Shown here one piece after another: positions 58,694-64,000 of a DNA stretch of 64,000 nucleotides. The DNA comes from Parvularia atlantis (taxonomy: Eukaryota), in assembly GCA_943704415.1 (NCBI GenBank), contig CALSCO010000133.1, positions 1-64,000 of the forward strand. The letters run 5' to 3'. Below the pieces are notes generated by a model. That model made no database searches. It had not been told where the DNA came from and worked only from the letters and a program-made list of their open reading frames with translations. The position numbers and the translations under genes are program-made. The first letter of the stretch is position 1. Each line of letters starts with the position of its first letter.

Positions 58694-61574
58694 TCATATT
58701 TGCATGTGCACATTGGTTAGAAAGTCAAAGAGCGGAGCGGCGGCGGCGGCGCGGTGCACGTGCGCCGGCGTGAGGCAGAGGCGCTTGCGCCTCGCGTCAG
58801 GGGCGTCCCTGTGCTGCTCGTGCAGGGTCGCGATGCTCGCGCGCACGAGGTCGCGCAGGAACTGGCGCGACACGGCCCACGCTGCGGCCGCCGCATCGGG
58901 TGCCATCTGCCCGTGCTCGCCGCCGATGCCGACCGCTGCAACGCTGTGCCGCACGAGCGCCTCGCCCTGCGGGTCACGTTGCAGCACGCCGTTGGGCACG
59001 GCCGTGTCGTGATGGTGGCCGTTCGCCGCCGGCTGCCGTGAGCGCGCCGCGTCCAGAAGGCGGCTCAGCGGTGTGTACGTGCTCCACTCGTCGGTCACTG
59101 CGGCCGAAGTCAGGCCCCATGCACGCGCGGCATCGGCAGGCAGCACGCACGCAGCCGCGCCCGCTTGGCTGGCGGCGAGGTCAGGTCGGCGGGCACGGTC
59201 GTCTCGGCCGGCGCGAAGCGGCAGCGCGTCGCCGGGTGCGTAGAGTCGCCGCAGCGCTTGCAGGCAGCGATCGGGGCCGGTTTGGCGTCGCGCGGCTGCG
59301 GCTGTGTCGGCGGCAGCGGCTGGTACTGCAGGCCCTCGGCGGGCGTGGCGCCCGTTGCGCGGCACCATCGCATGACCGCGAGCGTCGTCAGCTGATCGAT
59401 GTCGGACGACAGCAGCGGCGTCCCTGCAGCGCGAGCGCAGCGGTCAGATCGCAGAGCACGGCGGCCGTGTTGTCGCGCGCACCCTCGACCGGCACGTCGT
59501 CGACGCGCTTGAACGCGCGCCAGTGCGTCTTGACGAACGCGAGCATCTGCGCAGCGCGCCGGTACTGCGTGCACGTCCGCGTGTCAGCCGACGCGACAGG
59601 GCGATCGCGCCGCGCACCTCGATCGCCTTGCGCCGCCCGTAGCTGCACTGCGCAAACCGCTCGAGCGACGGCAGCAAGCTGTACTCGGGCGGCGGCCCGG
59701 GCTCCTCGGGGCGCCCGGCGAGCGGGAACACGCGCGCCGTGTGCTCAAACAGCACGTCCGGCATCGGTTTACGCGACGCGAGCAGCGCAGCTGGCCACGG
59801 CTCGCTCGGGTCAAACCGTCTCGCGCGGCCGGGAACGCTCGGTGGCGCCGGTGCAGGGGCAGCAGGCGCCGCCCCGCTACTCTCGCTGGGCTTGTCAGGC
59901 GCGGGAGCGGCGACAGGCACCGCTGCAAGCATCGCCCGGTCGAGCTCGACCTCGTACAGCTTCTCGGCCCCGAGCACCTCGCGACCTGAGCCATTGGCGT
60001 CCAGCTGCAAGCAGTCAGAAGGGCACGGCCGTGCGTGTGCGCGCGACGGCACCTTGAGCATGTGGATAATGTCGACCGGCTTGTTGCGCTTCGGGTCGGC
60101 AAAGTGCAGCTGCACGCGCACGGGAAACTCGCCCCAGCCGAGGCGGCGCAGCGAGAACGGCGGCGCGATCACGTCGACCATGTCGTTCGGCGCGTACGAC
60201 GGATGAAGGTAGAAGCGGACCTTCTTGACGTACGTGGCGATGTCAATGTCCTGTGCGGCGACGCGTTAGTCGACAGGCGCGTGCCCGGGCATGTGCGCGG
60301 CGCACATTCGACAGCCCGCAGACGTAGACCGTCCACTTGTGCGTGGCCGACTGCGTGCGCCGCTCTGCCGCGTCGCGTCAGCCAGCAGGATGGCGACGCG
60401 TCGACCGCGCACCGGGCGGGATGAAGCGCGACGTGTTGCCCACGATCACGTTCTTCGTCATGTAGAAGCGCGACCCGCCGGCCAGCCGTGCGTCGCTCGA
60501 CAGGGGCCGGGACACAACCGGCGCTGGCGGCGGCGCGGGTGCGGGCGCAGTCGGTGCTGGCTCGCCTGTCGGCACCGGGGCGATGCTCGGCCGCCGGCTG
60601 CACGCCGCGCGCGCGTGAGCAGCACAGCGACGTTGCGCGCGCAGCAGCACGCACGCGCTCGACATGGCGTGCGCCAGCTTGGACCCGCGCTGGCCCGTGG
60701 CCTCGCCGTCGGTGTCGCTGCCGCTGTCGGCGTCGGAGCTGCCGGCGCTGCCGGCGCTGCTCAGTTCGACGTCTTCGTCAAACACCTTAATCGACGCCTG
60801 CAATGGCCGGACAGCCGTGAGCGCGCGTGCATGGCACGGTGGGTCACGCACGCGCTGGCGGATCTCAGACATGAGCGTGTCGAGCTCCTCCTTGTTCTTC
60901 TGCACGGCCGATCTGCAGTTGCGGCTCAGTGTACGGCACTCAGGCAGGGCAGAGACGCACAGGTACGCGCTGTCGGTCGATGCGGCGAGCTCGTCGGCGG
61001 TCAGCTCGATGAACGCGAGCGGCTCGTCGCGGCATGGGTCGTCGGGCGGGACCTCGTTCTCGGGCTGCGCGCCCGCGCGCGCACGCGCGTGTTCAGCCGC
61101 ACAAGCACGTATGCACTGCACGCACCACGGGCACGCCGCACACGTGCGCCATCTGCGACACGGACGAGAACACGCGGTGGTGCGCGACGCGGCAATGGAT
61201 GCGCATGCCGGCGACCGAGGCAAAGTCCGTGCGCTGGCACTGCGGGCACACCCATCTGCATGCCCGTCGCGCGCCGTGAGCATCGTCCACACGGCACACG
61301 CGGCACGCGCGCACTTGATGAACACGCCCGTGCTCAGCAGGCCGTAGAGCACGTCGGGCGGCTGCGATCGCGTCGGCGCGCTCTCGCCCTGCGCCGGCAC
61401 CGCGCCCGTGTCCGGCGTCTGCAGGATCGCATCGGCCAGCCGCTCGCGCAGCTCCTGGGCGTGCGCCAAGCGCGTCTTGATCGTGTGCAGCTCGCGCCGG
61501 CGCAGCAGCAGCTCGAGATCGAAGTGGAACGCGATGAGCGCCGCCAGCTGGTCCGTACGCACACTTGACATCAT
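58694..61574 (-). CDS. YEATS2: YEATS2-like protein (coiled coil, Ahc1-type C2H2 finger, YEATS, C-terminal histone-fold-like motif)
   Basis: FDLELLLRRREL, SRFYMTKNVIVGNTSRFI, HKWTVYV, VKKVRFYLHPSYAPND, GWGEFPVRVQLHF, LTPAHV...FDFLTN. Confidence 0.9.
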
Positions 61575-61602
61575 CGACTCTCGAATGTCACTATCGGGAC
61601 GC

Positions 61603-62883
61603 ATGGTCGCGCGCTTGTGGCCGGCGCTCGTCGGCTTCGCGGCCGGCGCGGGCGCGACGTACGCTGCGGTCGTGCTCGGGCGTGTGCCGGCGCCAATGCC
61701 GAAGCCCACATCGGCACCGTCTGCACCACCAGCAACGGCAGCAACGGCAGCAAGACCCGTCGCCGTCGCGCCGCCCGTGATGCTCACGGACGATGCGCGC
61801 CAGATCGTCAAGTACGGCTTCCCGAGTGCGTGCGGCCGCCCGACCACTTCTAGTGCTGCTGCTGCTGCTGCGCCGGTGGCTGATCGCGACGTCGCGCAGG
61901 CACCGACAACATCATCGTGCGCGAGGGCTACGTGCTCGCGTACGACCGCCGCACGCGCAACGCGCACTGGACGCTCGAGCACCTCACGGCCGACAAGCTC
62001 AAGGCGCGCCTGTGTTCGGGCAACTACGATCCATGCGCAGGCACTGACGATGCGCGCCGCGCACTGCAGGGCGGGGCCACGCGCACCGACTCGCAGTTCC
62101 GCGAGGACCCCGGGCAGCCGGCGATGTTCCGCGCGCGCCTCGCCGACTACGCCGGCAGCGGCTTCGACCGCGGGCACCTCGTGCCGGCGGGCGACAACAA
62201 GACATCGCAGAAGGGTGCGTGCGCGCGCATGTGTGTGTGTGCGTGTGTGTGCTGCGTGCACGTGCTAACGGGTCGCGTGCGCGCGCCAGCCATGGACGAC
62301 ACGTTCTTCCTGACCAACATCAGCCCGCAGGTCGGCGCCGGCTTCAACCGAAACTATTGGTGCCGCGCGTGCCGCGAGCCTGCGGTCCGTGCCTGACGCG
62401 GGGGTGTAGGGCACGCTTCGAGCAGTTTGTGCGCAACCTGACGCGCGACTACGCCGACGTGTACGTCGCCACGGGCCCGCTCTACCTGCCGCGGCGCGAG
62501 GCCGACGGCAAGCACTACGTGCGCTTCCAGGTGATCGGCGAGCCGCCCAACGTGGCTGTGCCGACGCACTTCTACAAGGTCGTTCTGGCCGAGCGCGGCG
62601 GGCAGCGCTACGCGGCCGGTGTGCGCCTTGAGCGTACTTGGCGCGCTCGTGCTCAGTCGCGCGCGCGCGCGCAGCTTTCGTCATGCCCAACGCCCTGATC
62701 GACGACGGCGCGCCGCTGCAGAGCTTCGAGGTGCCCGTCGAGCAGGTGGAGCGGAGTGCGGGCCTCGTCTTCTTCGGCATGCTCGACCGGGCGGGCCTGG
62801 AGCCGCTGTGTAAGACGGGCGCATGCATGCTGCCGTCGCCGGACTTTTACAAGGCCGACAAGGCGTCGCGCGCCAAGATGTGA
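61603..62883 (+). CDS. ENDOG: Mitochondrial nuclease EndoG/Nuc1
   Basis: KYGFP, YVLAYDRRTRNAHWTLEHLT, GFDRGHLVPA, TFFLTNISPQVGAGFNRNYW, VAVPTHFYKV; alternative ATG at 61585. Confidence 0.95.
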
Positions 62884-62924
62884 CCGTGAGCATGCTCACG
62901 TGAGCGCGCCAAGATGTGACCGTG
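62868..62924. repeat. 21-bp direct repeat (36-bp period) spanning the EndoG stop, with nested palindromes
   Basis: gcgcgccaagatgtgaccgtg at 62868-62888 and 62904-62924; palindrome cgtgagcatgctcacg 62885-62900. Confidence 0.85.
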
Positions 62925-62991
62925 CTCATGAGATTGCCTTTGCACGCGTGAGCGCGACATGAGATGAAAGATGGTGGTGTGCATGAAGGGG

Positions 62992-64000
62992 TTATAGACG
63001 CCTGCGCCACTCGGGTGCGAAACCCTTGCTAGACTCGCTGTCGGGCCCGCGCGGCTGGCGCAGGATGGCGAGCTCGGCGTTTAGCGGGTCAAGTCTGCCG
63101 CGTTGTCCGTCAGCGACGGCGGGCACGCACGGTGCAACGCGCACCGTCTTACGGCGCTCTGGCGCGGCGGCGACTGCGACAGCGGTGGCAGGAGCGAGGT
63201 CGCGGGCAGGGTCGCGGGTCCGGGCGGGAGGAGCACGGGCGGCGCGGACAACACGACGGGTGTGGTGGCTGCAATGCGGCTAGCGGTCAGCGATACGCAG
63301 GCGGACGAGGGCAGGACGCGTGCCTGGCGCGTAGATCGGCTGAAATAAGTTCGTCGTTGGTGTCGGCAGCAGCCCCTGCGACCGCGCTGGCGGCGGGCGC
63401 GCGCTCGGCGGCCGGGACGCGGCTGCTGCGGTCGTTGGCGCGGGCCGGGTCCGAGACACGTCGAGCAGCGACTGGACAAGGTCTTGGTCGCTTTGGCCGG
63501 ACGTCACCGAGCGTGCGGGCGCGGATACGGGTGCAGGCTGCTGCGACGCTGACGGCTGTTGGGCCGGCGGTGTCCATGAAGTCGCGCGCGCTGGTGGTGC
63601 AGAGGCCGGCTGCCACGCCGTAGGCTGCGGTTGCGTCCATGGTTGAGGTGCTGTCGGCTGCTGGACCGGCGGCGGAGCAGCGGCGGTGGCGGTCTGCGAC
63701 AGGAGCGCGGCCAGCTGCTGCAGCGTCGACACGGGCGGGACGGCTGCGGCTGCGACTGCAGTGGCAGGCTGAGGCGGCGACAGGCTCGGTTGGTGGGCCG
63801 CGGTCTGCTGCACGAGTAGCGCGAGGAGCGTTGCCAGCTGCTGCTGGTTGTTGGCGGGCTGCGGCTGCGGTTGCGGCTGCGGTTGCGGCTGCACCAATGC
63901 AGTGAGCAGCGGCGCGATCAGCGGTAATATGGCGGTGAACTGCTGCAGGCTGAGCGAGGATAGCACGGGCAGCATGGCCTCCAGTTGCGTCTGCTGCGGG
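62992..64000 (-). CDS. 3' part of a Q/P/A-rich protein ending in a SUZ-C-like motif (5' end outside window)
   Basis: Inferred last exon LDPLNAELAILRQPRGPDSESSKGFAPEWRRRL*; RQPRGPD..KGF matches the SUZ-C motif. Confidence 0.65.

Noticed and set aside
31496..61574. Functional clustering of ATAC subunits KAT14 and YEATS2
   Set aside because: About 25 kb and a dozen unrelated genes apart; chance co-location cannot be excluded

Overview
Gene-dense, GC/CpG-rich eukaryotic genomic DNA, probably from a unicellular opisthokont-like protist (species not assigned). About 30 genes are interrupted by roughly 200+ tiny introns (about 45-65 nt; GTGCG donor, CTGAC/CTCAC branch point, GCAG acceptor, no polypyrimidine tract), so most entries in the ORF track are spurious or single exons. 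Recognisable genes in order: RPS3, IRE1, GT15/KRE2-type mannosyltransferase, Kir channel, zf-UBP USP, NLE1, PMCA Ca-ATPase, two orphans, an intronless low-GC P-loop NTPase, a Cys-rich/EGF type-I membrane protein, SLC26/SulP, a GPI-fasciclin, KAT14, RNF217-like RBR ligase, TEX10/IPI1, RanBD protein, WD40 protein, golgin-84, bacterial-type endonuclease I, START protein, NAA38-like LSm protein, SMN, POP5, LTN1, YEATS2, EndoG and a partial SUZ-C-motif gene. Most notable: (1) a 2.3-kb compositionally foreign, intronless NTPase cassette between two diverged ~370-bp direct copies of a host gene 3' end; (2) near-strict strand alternation with divergent start codons 0-60 bp apart, including NAA38/SMN possibly sharing one CCATGG, and palindromes TGTACA and CCACGTGG just upstream of ATGs; (3) at least 12 GC-AG introns; (4) a YEATS2 carrying a fungal Ahc1-type zinc finger. 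All calls come from reading the sequence by eye; no database searches were run, and spliced gene boundaries are manual estimates.
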